NCBI GenBank assembly: GCA_965223705.1
Contig: OZ245015.1
Span: 352,001-416,000 of the forward strand
Direction of reading: 5' to 3'
Origin: Myxococcota bacterium
GTDB taxonomy: Bacteria > Myxococcota_A > UBA9160 > UBA6930
Length of the DNA: 64,000 nt
Part shown: positions 46,947 through 56,687 of the stretch, piece after piece
Position numbering within the stretch: the stretch's first letter is position 1
Layout of the letters: each line of letters starts with the position of its first letter
Notes under the pieces: generated by a model
What the model was told of the DNA's origin: nothing
Databases searched by the model: none
The model's input: only the letters and a program-made list of their open reading frames with translations
Program-made: the position numbers and the translations under genes

Positions 46947-48653
46947 GTGAGAAAGAATTTAGTGCGGATCGCCTTGGTGGTCCTCGTGTTGCTCGGGCTC
47001 GCCACGTGGCTTGGCGGCGGTGGTCCCAAGATCGCCGAGGGAAGCTACGTCCACATCGATGTCGGCGGCTCCTACGTCGAAGCCGCGCAGGCGCCGCTCG
47101 TCTCGCAACTCGTCGCCGGAGGTCCGACGCCTCTGGTCTCGCTCCTGTCGGAATTCGCAAAGGTCGAGCGGGATGAGCGAATCGCCGGGGTCATCCTGCG
47201 CATCGAACCGCTCGAAGTCGGCTGGGGAAAGGCCCAGGAGATCCGAGGTGGCATCGAGCGTTTGCGGGCCAAGGACCGCCGCGTCGTCGCCTACTTGGAG
47301 CTCGAGAAGTTCGGCGCCAACGTCGAGTACTACATCGCGAGTGCCGCGGACGAAGTCATCGTCGCGCCGGGCACGCGGAACCCCTTGGTCGGGCTCGCCG
47401 CCGAGTACTTCTTCTTCGGCGAGTTGTTCGAGCGGATCGGGATCGACGTCGAGTACGAACGCGTCGGCGACTACAAGAGCGCCGTCGAAGCCTTCGCCGA
47501 AGGTGGTATGTCGGAACCCGCCCGCGAAATGGCGGACTGGCTGCTCGATTCGATCGATGAGCAGTTCGTCGCCGGGATCGCCGCTTCGCGCGGTTTGACG
47601 GAAGCCGAGGTGCGCGCGGCGATCGATTCGGCTCCCACTACGCCCGAGGAACTGCGCGCGCTCGGCTTGATCGACGGCACAAACTTCCTCGATGAGATCG
47701 TCGACCGGATCGATGCCGACGTGGTGGCGGCCGAAGACTACCGCGCGGTCGACCCGAGCGACGTCGGTTTCGATCCCGAGGTCCGTGTCGCTCTGATCTA
47801 CGGCTCGGGGCCCGTTGTCACGGGCGAAGGCTCTCGGGGATTCGGCGGTGATCCCCAACTCGCCGCGAAGGTCGTCTCCGACGCGCTCCTCGAAGCTTCG
47901 GAAGCGGACGATATCGACGCCGTCGTCTTGCGCGTCGACAGTCCGGGCGGTTCGGCGTTGGCTTCCGATCTCGTGTGGCGGGCGACGCAGCGCGTACGCG
48001 AAAAGGACATTCCCGTGGTCGCATCGTTCTCCGACGTCGCCGCGTCCGGTGGATACTACGTCGCGGCGGGCGCCGACCGCATCGTCGCGTTGCCCGGGAG
48101 CATCACGGGATCGATCGGCGTGTTCGTGATCCGGCCCGTCCTGCGCGAGTTCTTCGCGAAACTCGACGTCGGCGTCGTCACCGAGACCCGGGGCCGGCAC
48201 GCCGACCTCTTGCTCGCGAGCGAGCCGCTCTCCGACGCGACGCGGCGGCGAATGCGATCCGACGTCGAAAGCGTCTACGAGTCATTCGTCGCCCGGGTCG
48301 CCGAAGGTCGCGGCCTGTCCCGCGAAGAAGTCGACGCGGTGGGTCGAGGGCGCGTCTTTACCGGCGCTCAGGCCGCGGAACGGGGCCTCGTGGACACCCT
48401 GGGAGGCCTGCGCGATGCGGTGGTCGAAGCGAAACGCGCCGCGGGCTTCGACGACGATGCGGACGCGATCCTGATCCCGTATCCCCCGCCGAAGCCCTTC
48501 TTCGAGCAGCTTGCGGACAGCGTCGGCGCGTCCGTGCGAAACGCGGCCGTACTCCCCGGTCTCGAACCCGTCGTGGCGTGGGCCCAGCGCGCAGCTTCCG
48601 TCGGGACGGGCACACCCGTTCTCATGCCGCCGGTTCTGCCGCGGATACGCTGA
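46947..48653 (+). CDS. sppA: Signal peptide peptidase SppA (protease IV, long form)
   Basis: GDYKSAVE, LRVDSPGGS, AASGGYY, TGSIGV and GRVFTG. Confidence 0.92.
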   Translation: MRKNLVRIALVVLVLLGLATWLGGGGPKIAEGSYVHIDVGGSYVEAAQAPLVSQLVAGGPTPLVSLLSEFAKVERDERIAGVILRIEPLEVGWGKAQEIRGGIERLRAKDRRVVAYLELEKFGANVEYYIASAADEVIVAPGTRNPLVGLAAEYFFFGELFERIGIDVEYERVGDYKSAVEAFAEGGMSEPAREMADWLLDSIDEQFVAGIAASRGLTEAEVRAAIDSAPTTPEELRALGLIDGTNFLDEIVDRIDADVVAAEDYRAVDPSDVGFDPEVRVALIYGSGPVVTGEGSRGFGGDPQLAAKVVSDALLEASEADDIDAVVLRVDSPGGSALASDLVWRATQRVREKDIPVVASFSDVAASGGYYVAAGADRIVALPGSITGSIGVFVIRPVLREFFAKLDVGVVTETRGRHADLLLASEPLSDATRRRMRSDVESVYESFVARVAEGRGLSREEVDAVGRGRVFTGAQAAERGLVDTLGGLRDAVVEAKRAAGFDDDADAILIPYPPPKPFFEQLADSVGASVRNAAVLPGLEPVVAWAQRAASVGTGTPVLMPPVLPRIR

Positions 48654-48664
48654 GGAGAAAGTCG

Positions 48665-49111
48665 GTGCACCTCTCGAAAAAGTTTTCGGTCCAGGCCCAT
48701 CGCGACATCGCCGTGACGGTGATCGATCGGGATGAAACGTTGGTGTCGCTCTTTCCCGACACGGAGACCGAGGTCGTCTCGCGCGAAGGGGATCGCTGCA
48801 CCACGCACTCGAAGTTCCAAGCGATGGGCCAGCCGGCCGAAGCGACGTTCCATTTTCATTTCTTGATGGACGGCAACGTGCGCTTCGAGAAGGTTTGCGA
48901 CGGCAAGGTGTGGCGCGAGTTGCACGGCGAAGTGAGTTTCGAAGAGCTCGGCGACGAGACGGAGATCGAGATTCAGCTCGACGGACGCACCAAGGGCTTC
49001 GTGCCCGAGTTCACGATCAAGGGACCTATGCAGGATCAGCTGCGCGACATGGCGGCGGCCCTCCGCAAATGCATCGAGGAGGCCGCACGTGACGCAACTG
49101 CAGGCCAGTGA
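48665..49111 (+). CDS. SRPBCC/START-like domain protein
   Basis: AGGAG RBS then GTG; size and strand/helix pattern suggest SRPBCC. Confidence 0.6.
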   Translation: MHLSKKFSVQAHRDIAVTVIDRDETLVSLFPDTETEVVSREGDRCTTHSKFQAMGQPAEATFHFHFLMDGNVRFEKVCDGKVWRELHGEVSFEELGDETEIEIQLDGRTKGFVPEFTIKGPMQDQLRDMAAALRKCIEEAARDATAGQ

Positions 49112-49919
49112 GCTAGAAGCCAGTGACGGCACGCCGCTCTGGGTGAGCCGCGAAGGGGTCGGAGCGGCGGTCCTCTTTTCCGCGGGGTTCTGTCAGACCG
49201 CGGACAACTTCGCGGGACACGCTCCGGTGCTCGCGGGCGCCGGTTACACGGCGGCTCGTTGGGATTACCGCGGGCACGGTCGATCGGGAACGCCTGACCA
49301 GGCATCCGCTTACAGCATGGGACACGTGCAGGACGATCTCGGACGCGTCATCGAGTGGGCGAGCCCCGACGCACCGGTTGTCCTCGCCGGCTTGTCCTTC
49401 GGCGGGCTCGCGTCGCTCCACTACGCGTTGGCCCACCCCGACCGGGTGCGCGGCTTGGTGCTCATCGCGACAGGTCCGGGCTTCAAGAAAGCGGAGGCGC
49501 AAGCCGCCTGGGAAGCTCAGGTCGGTCGCGTCGCGAAGCGGCTCGACGAAACCGGGTTCGCGGGGTGGACCGAGGGTGCGGCGGCGGCCATGTCGATCGG
49601 TCGGCGGCCGGAGCTCCCGGTCGCCCGCACGGCCGGGGAGACGATCCTCGCCCAGAATCCCATGTCCGTGGCGCACTTCGGTCGTCGCATCGCCGGTCCC
49701 GCGCCCGGCGTGGTCGACGATCTCGCGCGAATCGAGCAGCCGACGCTGATCCTCGTCGGGGCGGAAGACAAGGCGTTTCTCCGCGCCGGTGAAGTGATGG
49801 CGGCCCGCATGCCCAACGCACAGCATCGGGTCATCCCCGACGCCGGTCACTGCTTGAACATCGAGCAGGCCGATCGCTTCCACGAGGAGCTACTCGACTT
49901 TCTCGCGACGCTCCCCTGA
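49089..49919 (+). CDS. Alpha/beta hydrolase
   Basis: WDYRGHGRS, GLSFGG nucleophile elbow and DAGH. Confidence 0.9.
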   Translation: MTQLQASELEASDGTPLWVSREGVGAAVLFSAGFCQTADNFAGHAPVLAGAGYTAARWDYRGHGRSGTPDQASAYSMGHVQDDLGRVIEWASPDAPVVLAGLSFGGLASLHYALAHPDRVRGLVLIATGPGFKKAEAQAAWEAQVGRVAKRLDETGFAGWTEGAAAAMSIGRRPELPVARTAGETILAQNPMSVAHFGRRIAGPAPGVVDDLARIEQPTLILVGAEDKAFLRAGEVMAARMPNAQHRVIPDAGHCLNIEQADRFHEELLDFLATLP

Positions 49920-49932
49920 TCCCCTGCGGGGC

Positions 49933-49957
49933 GCAACCGAACTCGCGCCGGCGGGTT
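49933..49957 (+). promoter_or_regulatory. Possible ECF-type autoregulatory promoter (GCAACC-N14-GGGTT)
   Basis: AAC and GTT separated by 17 nt upstream of an ECF sigma gene; pattern match only. Confidence 0.25.
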
Positions 49958-50062
49958 TGGTGAGAGGAAGGAACGCAAGAGGAGCCGCCACTGCGGGACC
50001 GGACAGCGGCAGGACCTGGTGGAGCTCGCGGCGGCGGCCGAGCCCGGAGAGCGCCCGGCGAG

Positions 50063-50623
50063 GTGGCTGGACGCGAAGATCCTGACACGGCGCTGATGCT
50101 CGCTTTCGCGGCCGGCGACGCCTCGGCGTTCGACGCGCTCTTCGCGCGCTGGGCCGGGCCGCTGCTCCGTTACCTGGCGCGTTTGGTGGGAGACAAAGCG
50201 GTGGCGGAAGAACTCGTGCAGGATTCGTTTTTGCGGATGCACCGCGCGCGGAGTCGCTACCGACCCGAAGCGCGTTTCTCCACATGGCTCTACACGATCG
50301 CGACGAATGCGGCCCGGAACGAATTGCGGCGGCCCTTTCGGCGCCACAAGCACGACGGCGAGGCGATCGACACGGGAGAAATCGCCGCCGACGGTCCCGC
50401 CACCGATGCGCGGGCGGGTGCGCGGCTCGAAGGACAGGCGGTGATGGACTGCCTCGGCGAGTTGCCGCAGCGGCAGCGCGAAGCGCTGTTGCTCGTGGCG
50501 GAGGGTTTGTCCTACGCGGAGATCGCCGACGCGCAAGGCGCGACGCTCTCCTCGGTCAAGGCGGCGGTCCACCGGGCACGCGGGAACTTGGCCGAGCGAC
50601 TGGCGAAGCGGAGCGAAGAATGA
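50063..50623 (+). CDS. ECF-family RNA polymerase sigma factor
   Basis: AEELVQDSF, FSTWLYTIATN and GLSYAEIA..VK..HRAR. Confidence 0.92.
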   Translation: MAGREDPDTALMLAFAAGDASAFDALFARWAGPLLRYLARLVGDKAVAEELVQDSFLRMHRARSRYRPEARFSTWLYTIATNAARNELRRPFRRHKHDGEAIDTGEIAADGPATDARAGARLEGQAVMDCLGELPQRQREALLLVAEGLSYAEIADAQGATLSSVKAAVHRARGNLAERLAKRSEE

Positions 50624-51141
50624 AGACGCCCGAGGACTACGAGCGCGAGTTGTCGGCGTACCTAGACGGCGAGCTCGATGAAAACGCAACGGCCGCCATC
50701 GCGCGCGCTTTGGAGGAGCAACCCGCGTTGCGGAAGCGCTTGGCCGCCCTTCGCGGCGCGGACGAAGCCCTGGCACGCTTGCCCGAGTCGGCACCGAGCG
50801 ACGCGCTGCTTGTGCGTCTCAAGGCGGAGATGGCGCGCGACGAGGCGTCTCGGGTCGCCCGGCCGCGTACCTTTCGCCGAGCCTTTGTGGGGGCGGCCTT
50901 TGCAGCGGCCGCTGGCCTCGCCGCCGTCGTTCTCTGGCCCGAGGTGTCGGTGGAGCCGCAACCGCCTCGCGCAGTCGTCGAACTCGAGCAGGAGTTCGGC
51001 CCGCTTCTCCAAACGCCGGAAGGCGCACCATCCCCCGCGCTCGCGGTGGAGAACGGCGACGCGGACGGCGATCTCGCCGTCATCGAAGTGCTCGAGTTTC
51101 TCGAAGATCTGGGCGACCTCTCGGAGGCGGGTCGAGGGTGA
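50620..51141 (+). CDS. Anti-sigma factor-like membrane protein
   Basis: LSAYLDGEL N-terminus plus single TM; ATGA coupling to the sigma gene. Confidence 0.8.
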   Translation: MKTPEDYERELSAYLDGELDENATAAIARALEEQPALRKRLAALRGADEALARLPESAPSDALLVRLKAEMARDEASRVARPRTFRRAFVGAAFAAAAGLAAVVLWPEVSVEPQPPRAVVELEQEFGPLLQTPEGAPSPALAVENGDADGDLAVIEVLEFLEDLGDLSEAGRG

Positions 51142-51704
51142 CGGAGCTCTTTCGAAACATTGTGCGCGTCACACTCGTCTGTGCGTTGCTGCTCTCGCAG
51201 ACCGCGCTGCCAGCGGACGCGCAGGCGCGCGACAGCGTGCGCCCGCCGCGCGGGGAAGTCTCGGGTGCTGCGCCCGAATCGCTGCGGCGCAAGTTGGACG
51301 CGCTCTCACCTCGCGAACAACGCGTGGTGAAACGGCGCCTGCGCAACATGCCGGCGCAACGCCGCGCGCGGTTCTTCGAGCGCTGGGACTCGCTCGACGA
51401 GCGCGAACGCGAAGCCTTGATCGAGCGCTTCCGCGCGAGGATCGACCGACGCGAGGGTGGGGCGGCTCACGACCGCGCGGGCGACGTGCGACGCGACAGC
51501 GACCGCGTCGAGCGCAATCGCCGCGCGTGGCGCGAAATGCGGCGTGGTGACCGCGAGCGTATGAAGACGCGCCTGCGACGTTTCAAAGAGCTCAGTCCCG
51601 AGCAGCAGCGGCGGGTCGTCGACCGGCGCTTCAAAGACCGGACCGCCGAGGAACGGCGGCGAATCCTCGAACGTTTGCGGGCTGCGTCGGAGCGCCTCGA
51701 CTAA
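51138..51704 (+). CDS. DUF3106-like periplasmic helical-repeat protein
   Basis: Signal peptide; repeated (W/F)xxLSP(E/R) helices; third gene of the ECF operon. Confidence 0.7.
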   Translation: MTELFRNIVRVTLVCALLLSQTALPADAQARDSVRPPRGEVSGAAPESLRRKLDALSPREQRVVKRRLRNMPAQRRARFFERWDSLDEREREALIERFRARIDRREGGAAHDRAGDVRRDSDRVERNRRAWREMRRGDRERMKTRLRRFKELSPEQQRRVVDRRFKDRTAEERRRILERLRAASERLD

Positions 51705-51705
51705 G

Positions 51706-51725
51706 CTCGGGTTTTCGAACCCGAG
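51706..51725 (+). terminator. Stem-loop with UUCG loop after the ECF operon
   Basis: CTCGGGTT-TTCG-AACCCGAG; no U-tract. Confidence 0.45.
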
Positions 51726-51733
51726 GTGGCAGC

Positions 51734-52279
51734 GTGGGCAAAGTCTTCTCCGAAATTGACGAGCGGCTCGAGGAATGGCTCGACGAGCAGCATTTATTCT
51801 TCGTCGCGACCGCACCCCTGTCCGACGAAGGGCTCGTCAATCTATCGCCCAAGGGGATGGATACCTTCCGCGTGATCGGACCGCGTCAGGTCGCGTATCT
51901 CGACTTTCACGGGAGCGGGGTCGAGACGATTGCTCACCTGCGCGAGAACGGACGCATCGTCGTGATGTTCTGCGCGTTTACCGGGCCGCCCCGCATCGTG
52001 CGGTTGCAGGGGCGCGGCGATGTTCTCCAGCCGGGCGACGCCGAGTTCGACACGTTGCGAGCGCAGTTCCCGGACATGCCCGGTTCGCGCGCTGTGATCC
52101 GGATCTCCGTCGGGCGGATCTCGGATTCGTGTGGTTTCAGCGTTCCGGAATTCACGTACAAGGGCGAGCGGTCGCAACTTCTCAAGTGGGCCGAACGCAA
52201 AGGCGAAGAGGGTCTCGAGGAGTACGCGCGTGAGAACAGCCGCGAGAGTCTCGACGGGTTGCCCGGCCTTCGCATCTAG
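51734..52279 (+). CDS. Pyridoxamine 5'-phosphate oxidase family (FMN split barrel) protein
   Basis: FFVATAP..NLSPKG..GSGVETIAHLRENGR..MFCAF..SCG. Confidence 0.9.
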   Translation: MGKVFSEIDERLEEWLDEQHLFFVATAPLSDEGLVNLSPKGMDTFRVIGPRQVAYLDFHGSGVETIAHLRENGRIVVMFCAFTGPPRIVRLQGRGDVLQPGDAEFDTLRAQFPDMPGSRAVIRISVGRISDSCGFSVPEFTYKGERSQLLKWAERKGEEGLEEYARENSRESLDGLPGLRI

Positions 52280-52300
52280 TCTCCGCATTGCGGAGAAGGC

Positions 52301-52681
52301 GTGACGGCATCTCCGCTGACGGAAATCGCCGAAAGCTGTTGTCGGGCATTCCTCGGTTGGCGACTCCGCGAAGACCGCGAAGCGCTACTGGCGATGGGCG
52401 AAGGTCGCCTGGAGATCGATCTCTTGACCGGCGAAGCTTGGTGCGACGACGAACCCATCCCCCCGTTGTTCATCGCCAGTGCGGTTCGAGAGATCTTGGT
52501 GCGAGAGCTCGAGGACAACCAGATCGACGTGTCTTCCCTTTCGAGCGCGCGCGTCGACGCGGCCTTCGCGCGCCGCGACGTGCGGAAGCACGGAGAGACG
52601 AAACCCGCGCTACAGGTGACGTGTCGCGTCTTGCTTCGAACCGGTGGGGAAGAATCTTCGGCGGAGATGCACAACCAGTAG
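52301..52681 (+). CDS. Hypothetical protein
   Basis: GGAG RBS then GTG; fills the gap between convergent genes. Confidence 0.6.
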   Translation: MTASPLTEIAESCCRAFLGWRLREDREALLAMGEGRLEIDLLTGEAWCDDEPIPPLFIASAVREILVRELEDNQIDVSSLSSARVDAAFARRDVRKHGETKPALQVTCRVLLRTGGEESSAEMHNQ

Positions 52682-52689
52682 CCTCTCGG

Positions 52690-54165
52690 CTAACGCTCGC
52701 CGTGCCGCTTCCGGTGACGGCGCATTCCCCCGGACAAGTGAACGCAGGAAAATCCTTTCGCTCGCATCCTCCGCGCGAGCTCCGCGGAGAGGAACCCGTA
52801 CTCACAACACACGGTGTAGCGCTGGGCGACGTCGAAGCTCGCATAGCCGCGGAGCGCTTGGTCCCACGGGAGCGACAGCGCGCCGGGTATGTGGTGTGCG
52901 TCGTAGAGCGGTCGCGGTCGAACGTCGAGCACGGTCGTACCCGCGGCGGGCTCCGTCGCGCAAAACGCGGAGTCGTCGGCGTCGGTGGCGTGGAAATCGC
53001 GCACGCGTAACACCTGCGCTCCCTCGAGGGCCTCTTCGAGCAGCCCGGGTGGGAGGCCGGCTTCGTATTCCGCTGCGACGGCCGAGCGCGCCCCGGTGGT
53101 CGGCTCCGAAGCGTCGAGCGAGCAGTGCTCCTGCACCTTGTCCGAGATGTCCGCAGTCCCGATCCGGCGGGTCAGCGCGATGATGTCGTCCTTGTTCATC
53201 CCGGCGAGCGGGCGGAGGACCGGCCGGCTCGTCACCTCTTCGATCACCGCGAGGTTGCGCACCGTTTGGGAGGAGACCTGTCCGATCGCTTCCCCCGTCG
53301 CGAGCACGTCGATCTTTTGTTCGCGCGCAACCGCGTCGGCCGCGGCGAACATGAAACGCTTGAGGAGGATCTGCCAGTAGCGCGGCCGCGTGTGTTCGCG
53401 GAGCTTTTCCACGATCGCGTCGAACTCGAGCAACACGAACTTCGGGTCGGAACCGTGGGCCCATCGCTCCTGAAGCACCTGCGCGACGCGCAGCGCGCCA
53501 CGGGCGTGTTCTTCCCCGCCGAGGGTGCAGAAGAAGTAATCGGGCCGAACGCCGCGTCGCATGAGTTGCCACGCGGCGGCCGCAGAATCGTAGCCGCCGG
53601 AAAGGAGAACCAGCGCGCGGCCCTCGCTCCCGATGGGGAGCCCGGCCGGGCCCGCGCGGGTTTCGGTGATGGCGAAGCCACGGTCTCGGTGCACCTCGAC
53701 GCCCGCTACGACTTCGGGGCGACTGAGATCGACGCCGCTAGCGATCGGCAGCAACGCCGCGCCCAACGCGCGCTCGAACTCGACACTCGACCACGACACA
53801 TCGCGCCGCGACCCGACGATCTTGGCCCGGGCGGCGAACCGCTTACCACGCACCAGCGGAGCGAAGAACTCGCGGCAACGCGCCACGGTTTCGTCGAGCG
53901 CGCCGACGGAGAAAGGCATGCCGAGTGCCGCGGATTGCACGCCGAACACCCGCGAGGCGACCTCGAGGCTCCGGGTGCCGCCGCTGCGAATGAACGCCCG
54001 TTCGTGGAACCGCTCGATCGGACTTTCGATGCCGCTACTGCGGAGCGCTTCGCGGAGGTTCCGCAGCAGCAGTGTGAGAAAGCGGCGCCGGGTTTCCCGG
54101 GCTTTCGTCGAGAGCTCGCCCGAGTAGCGGACGATGACCAACGGTGACGAATCCGTCGCGGACAC
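52690..54165 (-). CDS. thiI: tRNA 4-thiouridine synthase with THUMP and C-terminal rhodanese domain
   Basis: VRYSGELSTK, GLPIGSEG, LSGGYDS PP-loop, TGEAIGQVSSQT, RPL, and rhodanese tail. Confidence 0.92.
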   Translation of the reverse strand: MSATDSSPLVIVRYSGELSTKARETRRRFLTLLLRNLREALRSSGIESPIERFHERAFIRSGGTRSLEVASRVFGVQSAALGMPFSVGALDETVARCREFFAPLVRGKRFAARAKIVGSRRDVSWSSVEFERALGAALLPIASGVDLSRPEVVAGVEVHRDRGFAITETRAGPAGLPIGSEGRALVLLSGGYDSAAAAWQLMRRGVRPDYFFCTLGGEEHARGALRVAQVLQERWAHGSDPKFVLLEFDAIVEKLREHTRPRYWQILLKRFMFAAADAVAREQKIDVLATGEAIGQVSSQTVRNLAVIEEVTSRPVLRPLAGMNKDDIIALTRRIGTADISDKVQEHCSLDASEPTTGARSAVAAEYEAGLPPGLLEEALEGAQVLRVRDFHATDADDSAFCATEPAAGTTVLDVRPRPLYDAHHIPGALSLPWDQALRGYASFDVAQRYTVCCEYGFLSAELARRMRAKGFSCVHLSGGMRRHRKRHGER

Positions 54166-54233
54166 GCCGACAACCTAGCGCGCTGCGGGCCCCCAAAGAG
54201 CGCTGCTGCGGTAGTCTTCGGTGAGGAGGAGAC

Positions 54234-55043
54234 ATGTTCCCGGTAAGAAGCGTTACGGACAGATACGCCCACCTCGCGTTCCGCACCGTCGTCGGTATCG
54301 CGGCCGGCGCTCTGCTGGTGGCGTGCGGCGCGCAAGAGCGGCAAGTCGCCCAGGCCGATTCCCCACCCGAGCTGCGCGCGACGGAAGCGTCCGAAGACCC
54401 GGTAGAACCGGATTTTCTCGACGAGCTTCCCGAGCTCGAGTCCGCCGACGCGACGGAACCTCCGGCGGAAGCCGATTCGACGATCCGCATTCCCGGAGAG
54501 ACGGGACTCCGTCGGATCCTCGAAGAGCAGGGCATTCTCGAAGAAGCGGAGGCGCCCGCAACGCCGGGGACCGTCGCAGCGGCACGTCCCGCCGCCGCGG
54601 AGTCCGAGTCGTCACCCGAGGACATCCGAGCTGCGTTTGAGGCGGCGAAAGCGCGCGTGGCCCAGAAAACCGAGGCGCTCGCGGCCGCGCGTGAGACCGC
54701 GGAAAGCGCTCTCGCGGAAGTCGATGACGTCGAACGAGAGCTCCGCGCGGCCGAGTCGGAGCTTCGCCGCGTAGAAGAGCAGGTCGCCGAACTCGGACCC
54801 GAGCCGGATCCCGTGAGCGACACGGAATTGTTTCGCATGGTCCAGCGTGAGCTCTTGGAAGCGCAGGCGTTGGCGCGTGTCGCAATCGCCGCTGAGGTCC
54901 GCGACGGACGGGTGACGTTGCGCGGAGTCGTGCCGGACGACGCCACGCGCCGCGCCGCGGAGGACATCGCCGCAACGCTTCCCGGCGTCGCTTCCGTCGC
55001 GAATGAGATCCGCGTGAAGGGCCGCGACTCGCGTGGGGGGTGA
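54234..55043 (+). CDS. BON-domain lipoprotein
   Basis: LVAC lipobox, acidic linker, coiled coil, VRDGRVTLRG..PGVASVANEI; AGGAG RBS. Confidence 0.85.
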   Translation: MFPVRSVTDRYAHLAFRTVVGIAAGALLVACGAQERQVAQADSPPELRATEASEDPVEPDFLDELPELESADATEPPAEADSTIRIPGETGLRRILEEQGILEEAEAPATPGTVAAARPAAAESESSPEDIRAAFEAAKARVAQKTEALAAARETAESALAEVDDVERELRAAESELRRVEEQVAELGPEPDPVSDTELFRMVQRELLEAQALARVAIAAEVRDGRVTLRGVVPDDATRRAAEDIAATLPGVASVANEIRVKGRDSRGG

Positions 55044-55815
55044 GGTTCGCGTCGAGCGCGAAGGCGCGATCGGATGGTTGGTTTTCGATCACCCCGAGCG
55101 CCGCAACGCCATCTCGGAAGCGATGTGGCGACAGATGCCCCCCGCCTTGGCGGAGCTCGACGCCGACCCCGAGGTTCGCGTCGTCGTCCTGCGGGGCGCC
55201 GGCGAAACCGCCTTCGTCTCCGGCGCCGACATCTCCGAGTTCGAGAAATCCCGCAGCGGGGAGACTTCTACCGGCTACAACGATCTGACCGGCCGGGCGT
55301 TCGCCGCGGTGAGGGATCTCCGCAAGCCGAGCGTCTCGATGATCCACGGCTTCTGCGTCGGCGGCGGCTTCGCCGTCTCCCTGCTGACCGACCTGCGCTA
55401 CGCGGCGGACGACGCAGTGTTCGCGATCCCCGCTGCCCGACTGGGGCTCGGTTACCACACTTCGGGTGTGGAAGTCCTGATGCAGCTCGTCGGTCCCGCC
55501 GTCGCCAAGGAGATCTTCTTCACGGCGCGAAGATACGATGCGGCAGAAGCCCTACAGTTCGGCTTCGTGAACCGCGTATTCGCCAAGGGAGAACTCGAGG
55601 CGGAAACCCGCGCGCTGATCGGGAAGATCGCCGAAAACGCGCCGCTCACCGTGCGCGCGGCGAAACGGTCGGCACGGGAGCTCTCCCGAAGCGCCGACGA
55701 GCGGGACTTGGCGGCGGCTGACCGCGAAATCGAGGCGTGTTTCGCGAGTGAGGACTATCGCGAAGGGGTCCGCGCCTTCATGGAAAAGCGGCGTCCGCAG
55801 TTTCGGGGCGTGTAA
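55033..55815 (+). CDS. Enoyl-CoA hydratase family protein
   Basis: AFVSGADISEF, GFCVGGG, IPAARLGLGY and DYREG. Confidence 0.9.
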   Translation: MGGEVRVEREGAIGWLVFDHPERRNAISEAMWRQMPPALAELDADPEVRVVVLRGAGETAFVSGADISEFEKSRSGETSTGYNDLTGRAFAAVRDLRKPSVSMIHGFCVGGGFAVSLLTDLRYAADDAVFAIPAARLGLGYHTSGVEVLMQLVGPAVAKEIFFTARRYDAAEALQFGFVNRVFAKGELEAETRALIGKIAENAPLTVRAAKRSARELSRSADERDLAAADREIEACFASEDYREGVRAFMEKRRPQFRGV

Positions 55816-56080
55816 AACGCTCCAGAAAAAGCGCCGATTTTCGTGAGCGGCGACACGAAAGCCGTTGCAGGGGTGCACTTTCCACCCGCAGAAAACTTGC
55901 GATTCCCACAATAGTCGGAACATTCAACGGCCAACGGCTCTAGTTGGGGCTCCCGCCGCCGATATATGGATCGGTAGCGCGGGCCGCTAGAGACAGTCCG
56001 TGTGACCGGAACGCAGGCCGAGCGGGCTCCGCAGGGGGCAACCGCCGCGCTGCATCGGAAAGTTTGGAGATTCGAACAGT

Positions 56081-56611
56081 ATGATCCGCAATCGCCTCAC
56101 CACGACCCTCGTTGTCTCCCTCACTCTTTGTGTCGCCTTCGCTTGGGGATGTTCTTCGACCAAGAGCAGTCCGGGCGCTTCTTCTCGAAGCACCCCGGTC
56201 GGCGGTTTCGAACAAGGTGGGGAAGAGTTCGGGGGCGGAGGCTCGATGGCCGGGCAAGCGGCGAACGAAGCCCTCGAGGCGCTGCAAACCATCTACTTCG
56301 ATTACGACCGCGCCGTGGTCCGCGGCGATCAGAAATCCGCGCTCGAGTCGAGCGCCGTCGCGATCGGCAACAACGCCAGCTGGGGCACGATCGTGGTCGA
56401 GGGCCACTGCGATGAGCGCGGCAGTGAAGAATACAACCTCGCTCTCGGCGAGCGCCGCGCGACTGCCGTGAAGCGCTACCTGACCGATCTCGGCGTGCCG
56501 TCCCAGCGCCTCGACGTGGTGAGCTTCGGTGAGAGCAAGCCCGCCGTGCAGGGACACGACGAATCGGCCTGGCGCTGGAACCGCCGCGCGGAGTTCCGCG
56601 GCCTCAACTAG
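56081..56611 (+). CDS. pal: Peptidoglycan-associated lipoprotein Pal (OmpA C-like)
   Basis: AWGC lipobox; IYFDYD, EGHCDERGSEEYNLALGERRA, SFGE and NRRAE. Confidence 0.9.
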   Translation: MIRNRLTTTLVVSLTLCVAFAWGCSSTKSSPGASSRSTPVGGFEQGGEEFGGGGSMAGQAANEALEALQTIYFDYDRAVVRGDQKSALESSAVAIGNNASWGTIVVEGHCDERGSEEYNLALGERRATAVKRYLTDLGVPSQRLDVVSFGESKPAVQGHDESAWRWNRRAEFRGLN

Positions 56612-56687
56612 GGCCACTCCGGCAATCCATCCGGTTTTTTCCGATCTTCGCTAGCGTGGGGAACACACCCAGCTAGACGGAGATCCC

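Noticed and set aside
55816..56080. Known riboswitch or tRNA in the long intergenic regions (also 49920-50062, 35126-35296)
   Set aside because: I could not match any known consensus by eye; an Rfam/tRNAscan run would be needed to exclude one
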